A DNA stretch of 64,000 nucleotides from contig CAWCRS010000003.1 in assembly GCA_963798085.1 (NCBI GenBank), positions 768,001-832,000 of the forward strand, in the 5' to 3' direction. Below are positions 37,109 through 46,333 of this stretch, piece by piece. Both the position numbers and the translations under genes were made by a program. How positions within the stretch are numbered: position 1 is the stretch's first letter; each line of letters begins with the position of its first letter. The notes under the pieces are model-generated. The model was not told the origin of the DNA and did no database searches. It saw nothing but the letters and a program-made list of their open reading frames with translations. Origin of the DNA: an uncultured Gemmatimonadales bacterium. GTDB lineage: Bacteria; Gemmatimonadota; Gemmatimonadetes; Longimicrobiales; RSA9.

Positions 37109-40096
37109 TCAGAAGGTCACGCGCAGCGCCAGCGTGTACGTAGCGGGCGGCGGTATCTGTTCCAGCAGTGAACGCTCGGTTGTGTTGAATCCGTTGTTAT
37201 TGCCCATCTCGGGCTCGAACACCGGGAAGTCGCTGTTCACCCACTTCCAGAAGTTGCGGGCAGTCAGCGAAAGTGCGGCGTGCGTGGCGCCCGGCATCAG
37301 CTTCGACGGTATGGGCGCCTGCACGGTCAGTTCGCGGATCTTGAAGAAATCGGCCTTGTAGATCTCGAAGTCCGACTGTGCGAACTGCACCACGCAGCGC
37401 GAGCGCTGCTTCGCAGTCAGCGCGTCGGGTCCCTGCTCTTCACTCAGCTTGTAATCCGCGAAGCAGCCCGGCCACTTCACGGAGCGCGTGATCGCGTTCC
37501 AGGCAGCGCCATCATACATGTAGTTGCCGCCCTGGTACTCGCCGCGCGCGGTGAGCAGGATGCCCTTCGGCAGTGTGATCGTGGTGTTGATGCCGAAGAC
37601 CTTGGTCGGCTGGTTGGGCCCGATGTTGCACAGCTTCGCCGAGCCGTCGGGGTTGGTCTGCACGATCGGATTCGCCTTCTCGTCCGGATTCGCCAGGCAG
37701 TGCGCGTGGATCACCGGTACCGGCTGGCCTTCGACCACCCAGCCGAAATCGCCGCCGCCGATCAGGAACTCCGGCGCGCCGCCCAGGCTCAGCACCTTGC
37801 TCTTGTTCGTGTAGATGCTGCCGCCCACGTCCCAGCCGAAATTGGCCTTGCGGATCACCGAAAGGTTGGCGCTCAGCTCCACGCCCTTGCCCTCCAGTTC
37901 ACCAATGTTCTTGAGCTGCGAATTCAGGAATCCGAGTGAAGGCGCTTCGCGCACATTGAACAGCGCGTCCGACGTGCGCCGGTAGTAGTAGGTGAAGTCG
38001 AGTGCCAGCCGGTCGCTCAGCGTGGAGTTCTCGAAGCCCAGTTCCACCTCTGACGTACGCTCCGGGCCAAGGTCCGGGTTGCCCACGCGCAGCGGCAGGA
38101 ATGCCGGCTGTGTGCCCCAGCCGGACGGGTCGTACACGCGCAGCGCGTCGAACGCGCCCGGCGCACGACCTGACTGGCCCCACGCGGCGCGCAGTTTTGT
38201 GGTACCCAGCGCCTTCGGCCAGAAGGTCTCGTCCGAGATGATGTAGGAGCCGCTGATCTTGGGATACGCCTGCAGCCCCAGGTTCTTGCCGAACGCGCTG
38301 TTACCATCGACGCGAATGCCGCCGGTCAGGAAATAGCGGTTGTGGAAGTCGACCACGTCCTGGAAGAAGAAACCGGCGTTGATCACGCGCTCGCGTGTCT
38401 CGAAGCCCAGTGTGAGGCCGGCATTGTTCACCACCGGGTCGCCGGGGCCGGGGAAGTTCTGCCCGAACGCCAATGTCGACTGCGTCTCACTGGTCACGCT
38501 CTGCCCGCCCCAGGAGAAGCTGGAGCGCAGGTTGTCGCCCAGGTGCAGCTCGTACGTGCCCACGTAATCGACTGTCAGGTTCGTGTACTGATAACGCCGA
38601 TCCGACAGCACGCCCGTGGGCTCGAGCACGAACCCGAACGGACGGTTGCTGCGGTTGTCCTGCTGCGCCAGGTCGTAGCCCAGGCTCAGCCGGTTCGTCC
38701 ACTTCGCCAGCGGGCTCCACGTCGCCGAAACACCCGTGATCAGGTGGTCAATGTTGGTGGTGAGATCCCACGTGAGCAGCGGGTCCACCGCGGCGCGCGT
38801 CTCCGAGCTGAGATAGTTGCGGTTGCGCCGGAATGTGTTCAGCGTGATGCCCTGCGCGTTGTTGCCGGCGGGCGTGTTGGTGAAGTCCTCATTGGTGAAC
38901 GAGGTGTTCCACTGCAGCTTCAGCGTGGACAGCGGCGAGAACGTGAAGTTGCCGCGCACCGTCGTCTTCTTTTCCCTGTCCAGCGGGAGCACGCCCTCGT
39001 TGTTGCTGTACGCTCCGGACACGAAATACTGCAGCGATTCGGCGCCACCGCCCACGGAAAGCGAGTACTGCTGGCGCGAGGCGTCACGCAGCCACGGGTT
39101 GATGTACAGATAGGCAGGGTCGCCGCAACTGCCGCCATTGGCATCGCAGAACGCTTTCGTGTTCTGCTCCGATGGTGGCAGGTCGGTCGACTTCGGTCCG
39201 AATTTAAGTTCGTGATCGAAGCCGGTCTCGATCTGCGCCGTCCAGGTCGCCCTCCCGGTCGAGCCACGCTTGGTGAAGATCTGGATCACGCCCGCCGCCG
39301 CTTCCGTGCCGTACAGTGTGGTGGCCGCGGCGCCCTTGATGACCTCGATGCGCTCAATGTCGGCCGGGCTGATATCGTTGAGCGGGCTGGCAATGTCGTT
39401 GTTGCTGCGCAGTGTCGAGCCGGTGGGGGGCACATTGCGCGCGTAGCCTTCACTGCGCACGCGCACGCCGTCCACGTACAGAATGGGCTGATTGCTCATG
39501 GCCACGCTGACGTTGCCGCGCAGCCGGATCATCGAGCCGCTGCCCACCTGACCGCTGCTCTGGATCACGGTCATGCCCGGTACGCGAGCCTGCAGCAGCG
39601 CATCCACGCTGACCGGCGGCTCGGCAATGTTGGCCAGGTTGACCTGCGCGATGCTGTTGCCCACCTCGCGCCGTCTGGCCGCGCCCGCCGTGCCAGTGAC
39701 GACGATCTCGTCGAGGCCCAGCACTTCGGTGGACAGCTCGAAGTCCGCCACCGTGGTCTGCCGCGCGGTAACGCTGACATCGCGCGTCAGCACCTTGTAG
39801 CCGATGCGCAGCACGCGCAGCGTGTAGGAACCGGGCGGCACGTTGAGAATGCTGTAGCGGCCGTCCGGCTCACTGATCGCGCCGAGTCCGCTGCTGCCCA
39901 CACTGATCTGCACGCCCACGACGGGCCGCTGCGTGCCACTCTCTGTAATGCGGCCGTTGATGGTGCCGTTCTGTGCCGCCACGGGTGCAGCGAACAGCGC
40001 TGCAAACATGGCGGCCCGACCTGCGGTTCGCAGTGTGAAACCGGACCCGCGCCCGGCTCCCCACCACGCACGACGGGAAGGTGAAGCCTGTTTCAT
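37109..40096 (-). CDS. SusC/RagA-like TonB-dependent receptor
   Basis: Signal peptide, carboxypeptidase-regulatory-like domain, LDEIVVTG, plug DIERIEVIKGAAATTLYG, GNPDLGPE and terminal Phe. Confidence 0.93.
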   Translation of the reverse strand: MKQASPSRRAWWGAGRGSGFTLRTAGRAAMFAALFAAPVAAQNGTINGRITESGTQRPVVGVQISVGSSGLGAISEPDGRYSILNVPPGSYTLRVLRIGYKVLTRDVSVTARQTTVADFELSTEVLGLDEIVVTGTAGAARRREVGNSIAQVNLANIAEPPVSVDALLQARVPGMTVIQSSGQVGSGSMIRLRGNVSVAMSNQPILYVDGVRVRSEGYARNVPPTGSTLRSNNDIASPLNDISPADIERIEVIKGAAATTLYGTEAAAGVIQIFTKRGSTGRATWTAQIETGFDHELKFGPKSTDLPPSEQNTKAFCDANGGSCGDPAYLYINPWLRDASRQQYSLSVGGGAESLQYFVSGAYSNNEGVLPLDREKKTTVRGNFTFSPLSTLKLQWNTSFTNEDFTNTPAGNNAQGITLNTFRRNRNYLSSETRAAVDPLLTWDLTTNIDHLITGVSATWSPLAKWTNRLSLGYDLAQQDNRSNRPFGFVLEPTGVLSDRRYQYTNLTVDYVGTYELHLGDNLRSSFSWGGQSVTSETQSTLAFGQNFPGPGDPVVNNAGLTLGFETRERVINAGFFFQDVVDFHNRYFLTGGIRVDGNSAFGKNLGLQAYPKISGSYIISDETFWPKALGTTKLRAAWGQSGRAPGAFDALRVYDPSGWGTQPAFLPLRVGNPDLGPERTSEVELGFENSTLSDRLALDFTYYYRRTSDALFNVREAPSLGFLNSQLKNIGELEGKGVELSANLSVIRKANFGWDVGGSIYTNKSKVLSLGGAPEFLIGGGDFGWVVEGQPVPVIHAHCLANPDEKANPIVQTNPDGSAKLCNIGPNQPTKVFGINTTITLPKGILLTARGEYQGGNYMYDGAAWNAITRSVKWPGCFADYKLSEEQGPDALTAKQRSRCVVQFAQSDFEIYKADFFKIRELTVQAPIPSKLMPGATHAALSLTARNFWKWVNSDFPVFEPEMGNNNGFNTTERSLLEQIPPPATYTLALRVTF

Positions 40097-40267
40097 AACG
40101 AGGCTCCTGAGGTTCTGGTGGTTACTGCTGTGGATCAGATCCTGGCAGACCGGCCACGGCGACGTGGCCCTGAAAACGGGCCGCCGCGCAGCGCAACGCC
40201 CGTGTCATCTTCAGAACGTGTGAGGCAGTTCCCGTCGGACGGATTTCACCTCTGGTGCCGAGCTTCT

Positions 40268-40297
40268 CACATAACCGGGCGCAAGGCAACCTGTCAA
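40268..40297 (-). promoter_or_regulatory. Possible sigma70 promoter for the susC-like gene
   Basis: TTGACA-N18-TATGTG on the minus strand. Confidence 0.4.
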
Positions 40298-40363
40298 CAT
40301 TGTGTTCGGCCAGACGCCGGCCCCTTCAGCCCGTCAGTCGCATTCCGGCCCGGGTACCGCGAG

Positions 40364-40756
40364 TCAGCGCGCCGGCCTGCTCGTGGGCGTCACCGATACC
40401 GACACGCTGTCCGCGGCGCTTGTGCCATCGCTGTCGAGCACGGTCGCGCGCGCCAGATACGTTCCTGCGTCGACGTACGCGTGCGTGCGCGTCGCGCCAG
40501 CGGATCGCGCCAGGAACGTGGCAAGGGAATCGACAGCGCCATCGCCGTACGCCACGGCCAGCCCGGCCAGTGAATTGCCCTTTGCCTCGACGTGAAACGT
40601 GATGCTCGTGCCCGCGGGTGCGCTCACCGGTGTTGCCGTCAGTGTAATGGATACAGGCTGCGGATCGGGTCCTTCCACGCCGTTGCACGCCGCCAGCTGC
40701 ACGGCCAGCAGCAGCGCCAGTGCGGCCTCACCCGCCCGCCCGCTGCGTGTCGACAT
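40364..40756 (-). CDS. PKD-like domain lipoprotein
   Basis: Lipobox LAAC; VAYGDG...THAYVDAGTYLARATV PKD-like pattern. Confidence 0.75.
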   Translation of the reverse strand: MSTRSGRAGEAALALLLAVQLAACNGVEGPDPQPVSITLTATPVSAPAGTSITFHVEAKGNSLAGLAVAYGDGAVDSLATFLARSAGATRTHAYVDAGTYLARATVLDSDGTSAADSVSVSVTPTSRPAR

Positions 40757-40758
40757 GC

Positions 40759-41241
40759 TCAGAAACGAATGCGCAGGAACACGGGCACGATCGTGTCTCT
40801 GCCGCCGTCGCCCGGCTGCTGTGCGTTCGAGTTGAATGCGCCGGTCAGCGTGCTGACCAGCAGCGCTGTGCCCACGCCGGCGGCCCCGCCAATCAGGAGT
40901 CCCGTCTTCCACTTGTCCAGGCGACGAAGCTCGACGTTGGTAATGTCGTGCTGCGCCAGATCAATGCGCTGACTCAGCGTTTCCACGCGCGTCCCCACCA
41001 GATTGGACGACACCGCCACCTGCAGCAGGAGCGAATCCGTGCCCCGCTGCACCACCCGGCCCTCGAGGAGTCGCCTGTCGCCACCCGGCAGGATGGTGGC
41101 AAAGCGACTGGCCTCGGACTCGGTGATGCGCACGCGCGTATCCGTGCCCGGGCCCAGGTCCGACAATTCGCCCGGTACGTAGTGGTAGCAGCCGGCCAGC
41201 ACAATGGCGGCCAGCATCAGTGTGGAGGCAGCAGGTCGCAT
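40759..41241 (-). CDS. Hypothetical lipoprotein
   Basis: Lipobox LAGC; C-terminal hydrophobic segment; adjacent to the PKD gene. Confidence 0.75.
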   Translation of the reverse strand: MRPAASTLMLAAIVLAGCYHYVPGELSDLGPGTDTRVRITESEASRFATILPGGDRRLLEGRVVQRGTDSLLLQVAVSSNLVGTRVETLSQRIDLAQHDITNVELRRLDKWKTGLLIGGAAGVGTALLVSTLTGAFNSNAQQPGDGGRDTIVPVFLRIRF

Positions 41242-41603
41242 GACTTCGCGTTGCAGAGGAACGGCCGCTCGACCGGGCCTTTGCCTGCGCTGCCGGCTCG
41301 ACGTCGGTCAGGATTTCCGCGAGCCGCGCAGTCCGGGCGCCGTGCGTGTGCACAATCGACGCTGTTAACGTAGAATGCGCGACGGGTCACCTTCGCGACA
41401 GGGGTCCGCGCACCGGCCCGCTCAGCGCCGGTTCGTGGCCCGGCGAAGCGCGCCTCCTCCTGATACGTAATGAGGCCCGTGTACGGGCGCAGTGCCAGTC
41501 CCCTGCTGGAGGCGGCTGGCGAACCGGTGCGAAGCGCGCGCACGGCCATGTGGCGCTCCGCACCGAACGTGGGTGGGAGAGTTCACCAGCAACCGAGGAC
41601 AGA

Positions 41604-42560
41604 ATGGAAAACGCGTTGTTGCTCGATACCATTACCAAACGCTACTCCGGACACACCGCGGTGGACGGCCTCTCGCTCAGCGTGCCCACCGGCACCATCT
41701 ACGGCATCCTCGGACCCAATGGAGCCGGCAAATCCACCACGCTGCGCATGGTCATGAACATCATCATGCCGGACAGCGGCACCATCTCGCTGCTGGGTGG
41801 TGATCCCACGACCGATCGCTCCGTACTGCGCCGTGTCGGCTATCTGCCCGAAGAGCGCGGGTTGTACAAGAAGATGAAGGTGCTGGACGTGATCGTGTTC
41901 TTCGCGCAGCTCAAGGGCGTGAACGCGAAGGACGCGGCCACGCAGGGCATGGCCTGGCTGGAGCGCATGGAGCTGGGCAACTGGGCGAACGCGCGCGTCG
42001 AAACCCTGTCCAAGGGCATGCAGCAGAAGGTGCAGTTCATAGCCACGGTGCTGCACCACCCGGACATGCTGATCCTGGACGAGCCGCATTCCGGTCTCGA
42101 CCCCGTCAACCAGGAAGTGCTGGCCGACACCATCCTGAAGGCCCGCGATGAAGGCCGCACCGTTCTCCTCAGCACGCACAACATGGCGCAGGCCGAAGCC
42201 ATGTGCGAATACGTCTGCATCATTGCCGGCGGCCGCAAGGTGCTGGACGGCCGCGTGCGCGACATCCGCCGCTCGAATCGCGCGCTGCGCTACGAATTCG
42301 AGTTCGATGGCCCGTCCACGCAGGTCGATCGCTTCATGGAGACGTCACCCGCGTTCCTCCAGCGCACACGCAACGGCCTCCGCTGGCAGGTCGAAGTGCG
42401 GCCGGGCACGGACACGGGGCGCCTGCTCACTGAGCTGAGCCAGCTGGATGTGCACCTGGCGCGCTTCGAGCACGTCGAGCCCACACTGCACGAGATCTTC
42501 GTCGAACGCGTAGGCGACGCGCAGCGCGCGGCCCGCAATGGTGAGGTGGTCCATGCATGA
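41604..42560 (+). CDS. ABC transporter ATP-binding protein (NatA/YhaQ-like)
   Basis: GPNGAGKST, GYLPEERGLY, LSKGMQQK and LILDEP motifs. Confidence 0.93.
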   Translation: MENALLLDTITKRYSGHTAVDGLSLSVPTGTIYGILGPNGAGKSTTLRMVMNIIMPDSGTISLLGGDPTTDRSVLRRVGYLPEERGLYKKMKVLDVIVFFAQLKGVNAKDAATQGMAWLERMELGNWANARVETLSKGMQQKVQFIATVLHHPDMLILDEPHSGLDPVNQEVLADTILKARDEGRTVLLSTHNMAQAEAMCEYVCIIAGGRKVLDGRVRDIRRSNRALRYEFEFDGPSTQVDRFMETSPAFLQRTRNGLRWQVEVRPGTDTGRLLTELSQLDVHLARFEHVEPTLHEIFVERVGDAQRAARNGEVVHA

Positions 42561-43824
42561 AGTCCTGATCGTCATCAAGCGCGAATTCCTCGAGCGCGTG
42601 CGCAGCCGCGCCTTCATGATCGGCACCATCGTTTTCCCGCTCTTCATGATCGGCATCTTCGCACTGCCGCAGCTGGTGGGCCGCGGCTCCGTGCACCGCA
42701 CGCTGGTACTGGTCGACGAAGCACCCGCACCGATCGGTGAGCGCTTCGCCGCACTGCTCGCCTCGCCCACCGACAGCAGCGCCACCAATCGCTACACGAT
42801 CCAGCCTGTGCAGGGTGCGTACGCGGCGCTCAAGGATCAGCTGAATGCGCGTGTCCTCAACCACGAAGTCGACGGCTACGTCGTCCTGCCCGCCGACATC
42901 CTGGACAGCAACAACGTGATCTATCGCGCGCAGAATATCGGCAACCAGTCGGTACTGCGTGACATCCGCAATGTCGCATCCGAAGTCGTGCAGGCGGAGC
43001 GCCTCCGCTCGGCCGGATTGCAGTTCAGCGACGTCGCCAAACTCACGCGTCGCATCGATGTCGAGGATGCCGCCATCACCGAGACCGGCGGCGAGGGCCG
43101 CGGCGCGGAGGCCACGTTCTTCTTCGCCTACATCCTCGCCTTCATGATCTACTTCATCACCGCGTTCTACGGCATGAACGTGCTGCGCAGCGTGCTCGAA
43201 GAGAAGACCAGCCGCATTGCCGAAGTCATGATCAGCTCCATGAAGGCGAGCCACCTCATGCTCGGCAAGATCGTAGGCGTGGGCTCCGCCGCCATGCTGC
43301 AGGTGGGTATCTGGGCCGGCTTCATCGTCTTCATCACCGTGCGCTCGGATCTCATTGCCAGCCGCTTCGGCGTACCGAAGGAGATGTTTGCCGCACTCTC
43401 GATTCCGACAGGCGACGGCATCCTCTTCCTGCTCTATTTCATACTCGGCTTCCTCCTCTTCGCCGCCGTGTTCGCCGCCGTGGGCGCGGCCATGACCAGC
43501 GAACAGGAAGCGCAGGCCGTGCAGATGCCGATCATGGTGCCGCTCTTCGTGCCGCTGCTCTTCTCACCCGCCATCACCGGTGAGCCGCTTTCCACACTGG
43601 CCACCGCGCTCGGCCTGTTCCCGCTCACCGCACCACTGGTCATGCCCATGCGCATCGCCACCGCACCCATCCCCACGATCCAGATCATCGCGTCCCTCGT
43701 GCTGCTCGTGCTCGGCCTGCTCGTCGTCGCCTGGCTCGCCGGCAAGATCTACCGCATCGGCATCCTTTCCACCGGAAAGCGGCCGTCACTGGCTGAGCTC
43801 GCACGCTGGCTCAAGGAGGCCTAG
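42553..43824 (+). CDS. ABC-2 permease (NatB/YhaP-like)
   Basis: IKREFLERVRS and SVLEEKTSRIAEV...LMLGKIVG motifs; multiple TM helices. Confidence 0.9.
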   Translation: MHEVLIVIKREFLERVRSRAFMIGTIVFPLFMIGIFALPQLVGRGSVHRTLVLVDEAPAPIGERFAALLASPTDSSATNRYTIQPVQGAYAALKDQLNARVLNHEVDGYVVLPADILDSNNVIYRAQNIGNQSVLRDIRNVASEVVQAERLRSAGLQFSDVAKLTRRIDVEDAAITETGGEGRGAEATFFFAYILAFMIYFITAFYGMNVLRSVLEEKTSRIAEVMISSMKASHLMLGKIVGVGSAAMLQVGIWAGFIVFITVRSDLIASRFGVPKEMFAALSIPTGDGILFLLYFILGFLLFAAVFAAVGAAMTSEQEAQAVQMPIMVPLFVPLLFSPAITGEPLSTLATALGLFPLTAPLVMPMRIATAPIPTIQIIASLVLLVLGLLVVAWLAGKIYRIGILSTGKRPSLAELARWLKEA

Positions 43825-43868
43825 CCGACCGGCGTTGCCGGGGCTTGCCCGGGAACCGATAAGACACC

Positions 43869-44075
43869 GTTGCTGGGGCTGGTTGCTGGGGCTGGTTGCT
43901 GCGGCTGGTCGGGTCGGGAACGGTTGGTACGGATTGCGAATGCGGGGCCGGGGCCGGTTGGTCACGACCGGTTTGCACGGATTGCGAATGCGGGCTCGGG
44001 CTGGGGCTGGTTGGTCGGGAACGGTTTGCACGGATTGCGAATGCGGGCTGGGGCTCGGGCTGGGCCGGGGCTGGG
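43869..44075. repeat. Family-2 GC-rich composite tandem repeat
   Basis: GTTGCTGGGGCTG x3, then the core ACGGATTGCGAATGCGGG at 43929, 43977 and 44030. Confidence 0.85.
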
Positions 44076-44214
44076 AACTCACGACTGGTAATGAATGCGC
44101 AACCGCGCATCGCGCACTGCGCGGTGGCAACCGGGTCCACGACGTTGCGCTACGGAGGGCCGGCCGGCATCGGGCCGGCCTTGCGGTGTTCTAACCACCT
44201 GTTATCGCCCGCGT

Positions 44215-44357
44215 TCGGACCAGCATGGCATTCTTTCCTTCTGGCCGCCTTCGCCAGCCACGCGACCCACCCGAGCATGAAAACCGTCAGTCGATATTCG
44301 ACTGGGTCCCTGCCATGCGTATGCGGCGCACAACCCAAGAATGCCAAGACGGTCCGA
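44215..44357 (-). mobile_element. ~143-bp MITE/REP-like element, copy D
   Basis: TIR CACAACCCAAGAATGCCAAGACGGTCCGA on the + strand; internal motifs shared with copies A and E. Confidence 0.7.
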
Positions 44358-44424
44358 TACGGATGCCCGGGCAACCAGCTGCGGCAGCCAGCACCCGCAC
44401 TGCGGCGGGTCCGTCAGTCCCCGC

Positions 44425-45447
44425 TCACGAGCCGGCCGCCAATCCGCCGCGCAACCCCACCATCGACTCGATCAGTTCGTAATCCTGCGCCAACCGTGCG
44501 GGATCTTCGCCGCGCTGTTCGATGACCGCATCGTCGGAGTTGCCCAGGAAGCGGTTGGCCTGGACCAGGTACCACAGGCGGTCGGGGTCCACGCCCATCA
44601 GGCGGGCGGCGGTCGCATCCACCGCAACAGGATCCTCGCCGAAGAGCAGCACATTGCTGTTGCGCGCGCGACCCTGGATCGGGCCATTGCCTTCCATGCC
44701 CACAATGCCGTCCACGATGTTGAGGCGAGGCACATCGAGGGAGGCGTTGATGTCGAGTATGCTCTGCTCGATGCCGGCCCAGTGCAGCACGTTCTTGGGC
44801 CAGCCGTAGACGCCGCCGGGCAGGACCCCGAACATGTTCTTGAGGGAGAGCGTGACACCGGCCCAGTGGTGCGTCTTCATCTTGGGCATGGACACCAGCA
44901 GATCCGCGCCGGCCACGGTTTCTGCGATGTACAGCTTCTGCAGCGTTGTGTAGCGGCTGAGCGCAGTGACGCGTCGCGCGCTGTCCAGATTGAGGTCGAC
45001 GTAGCGCGCGCCCGTGTCGCGCAGCACATCGCGCAGCCCTGAAGCGGTCAGCAGATACTCCGTGTCACGCCGGTGTCCCGGCCCTTCCGCGACGATCACT
45101 TCGCCCGCGTCGAGGCGACGGAACGCCTGCACCGCCGCGGCCACCAGCACGGGATTCGTGTTGATCACGCCACCCGGATCGAACTCCACGAAGTTGGGCT
45201 TCAGCACAACCCGCCGGCCGCGCACAGCCGTGCCGCACAGACTGACACCGCGTTGCACGATGTCGATGAGGCTGTCGTCGTAGCGGCTGGCATTGAGCAC
45301 GGCGACCGCCGAGCGGTCTGTCTTGCGATACGCGTCCGGCAGCCAGAGCGGCCCGGGTGGCAGCGGCGCCTGCTGCGCACATCCCGACAATGCCGGTGCC
45401 GCCGCGGCCGCGGCGGCGAGCTGCAGGAAGCGCCTGCGGTCAGCCAT
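44425..45447 (-). CDS. DUF362-family protein, predicted Tat-exported lipoprotein
   Basis: DRRRFL plus lipobox LSGC; VVLKPN, PKMKTH...VTLSLKNMFG, IVDGIVGMEGNGP and DPVAVDA motifs. Confidence 0.85.
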   Translation of the reverse strand: MADRRRFLQLAAAAAAAPALSGCAQQAPLPPGPLWLPDAYRKTDRSAVAVLNASRYDDSLIDIVQRGVSLCGTAVRGRRVVLKPNFVEFDPGGVINTNPVLVAAAVQAFRRLDAGEVIVAEGPGHRRDTEYLLTASGLRDVLRDTGARYVDLNLDSARRVTALSRYTTLQKLYIAETVAGADLLVSMPKMKTHHWAGVTLSLKNMFGVLPGGVYGWPKNVLHWAGIEQSILDINASLDVPRLNIVDGIVGMEGNGPIQGRARNSNVLLFGEDPVAVDATAARLMGVDPDRLWYLVQANRFLGNSDDAVIEQRGEDPARLAQDYELIESMVGLRGGLAAGS

Positions 45448-46333
45448 GACGCTCGAGCAGGAACGGGTTGGGCAGTGTGCTGCTCGCCATGGCGGCCAGG
45501 GCCAGGGTGCGCGTCTGTCCCAGGAAATCCGTGTCCGCCCGGGCAGCAGCGAGCCCCGCGGGCAGTCCGCCTGCATCCCGCCGCCATGCGCGCATGGCTA
45601 ACAGTGCCAGAGCCAGTGTCAGACCGGAGTGATTGCCCTGCAGCATGCGTTGCAGCGCATCGAAACCCTGCGTGATGGTCGCGTCCGCGGGCAGGTCCTG
45701 CAGCGAGAGCAGGGCGATTGCGGTAATGTCGGGATAGGGTTCGAGGTCCTGGCCCAGCACTCGCCGGTTGCCGTAGTTCCAGCCGCCACCGGTGCACGCC
45801 CGGTCGCGCAACATGCGCTCCGCTTCATGCACGCGCGCCTGCAGCCGGTGCGACGGCTGCTTGCCGCGGCGCCGCTTCAGGGCGAGCAGTGCGTACGCGG
45901 TGGGCTCGACCCAGCTGAACGTGCCCACCGCCCAGGGCCAGCCGCGCAGGTCCCAATCCAGCTCGACCTCCTGTCCGTGCCACAGCTCGTGCCAGCGCGT
46001 GCGCCAGTCGATGGTCTCGGCCTCGTCCTGGAGAATCCAATCGGTTGCCCGCCGCAATGCGGGTTCCGCCGCGGCCACGCCATCGAGCGCCAGCACGCAG
46101 AGCATCGTGACCCAGCTGGGCCCTTCGACGAGGGCATCGAGCGGCCAGCTGCCCCCCGCGTGCTGGCTTCCCAGCAGCCATTCCGTGGCCCGCTGCCTGG
46201 CCGGCGCGTCCGCCGGCAGCGCCATCAGCGCCAGCGCGGTCGGCTCGGTGCAGGACGGCGCATCCGCGTGCGCGCCCCAGCCGCCGTCCGCGTTCTGCTC
46301 GCGCAGCAGGCGCTCGAGCAGCGATTCCGTCAT
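45440..46333 (-). CDS. Prenyltransferase/squalene-oxidase-repeat (alpha/alpha barrel) protein
   Basis: QW-like repeats EQNADGGWG, SQHAGGSWP and GGGWNYGN; EPTALALMAL and EPTAYALLAL. Confidence 0.8.
   Translation of the reverse strand: MTESLLERLLREQNADGGWGAHADAPSCTEPTALALMALPADAPARQRATEWLLGSQHAGGSWPLDALVEGPSWVTMLCVLALDGVAAAEPALRRATDWILQDEAETIDWRTRWHELWHGQEVELDWDLRGWPWAVGTFSWVEPTAYALLALKRRRGKQPSHRLQARVHEAERMLRDRACTGGGWNYGNRRVLGQDLEPYPDITAIALLSLQDLPADATITQGFDALQRMLQGNHSGLTLALALLAMRAWRRDAGGLPAGLAAARADTDFLGQTRTLALAAMASSTLPNPFLLERHG

Noticed and set aside
40100..40265. Cobalamin riboswitch upstream of the TonB-dependent receptor
   Set aside because: GGTGAAATCC and CTGCC fragments occur, but the AGGGAA and B12-box elements are not recognisable. 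An Rfam scan would settle it.
43920..44075. CRISPR-like repeats or a CxC-repeat peptide ORF
   Set aside because: Only three units with low-complexity related linkers; the ORFs over it lack an RBS and look like translations of a DNA repeat.
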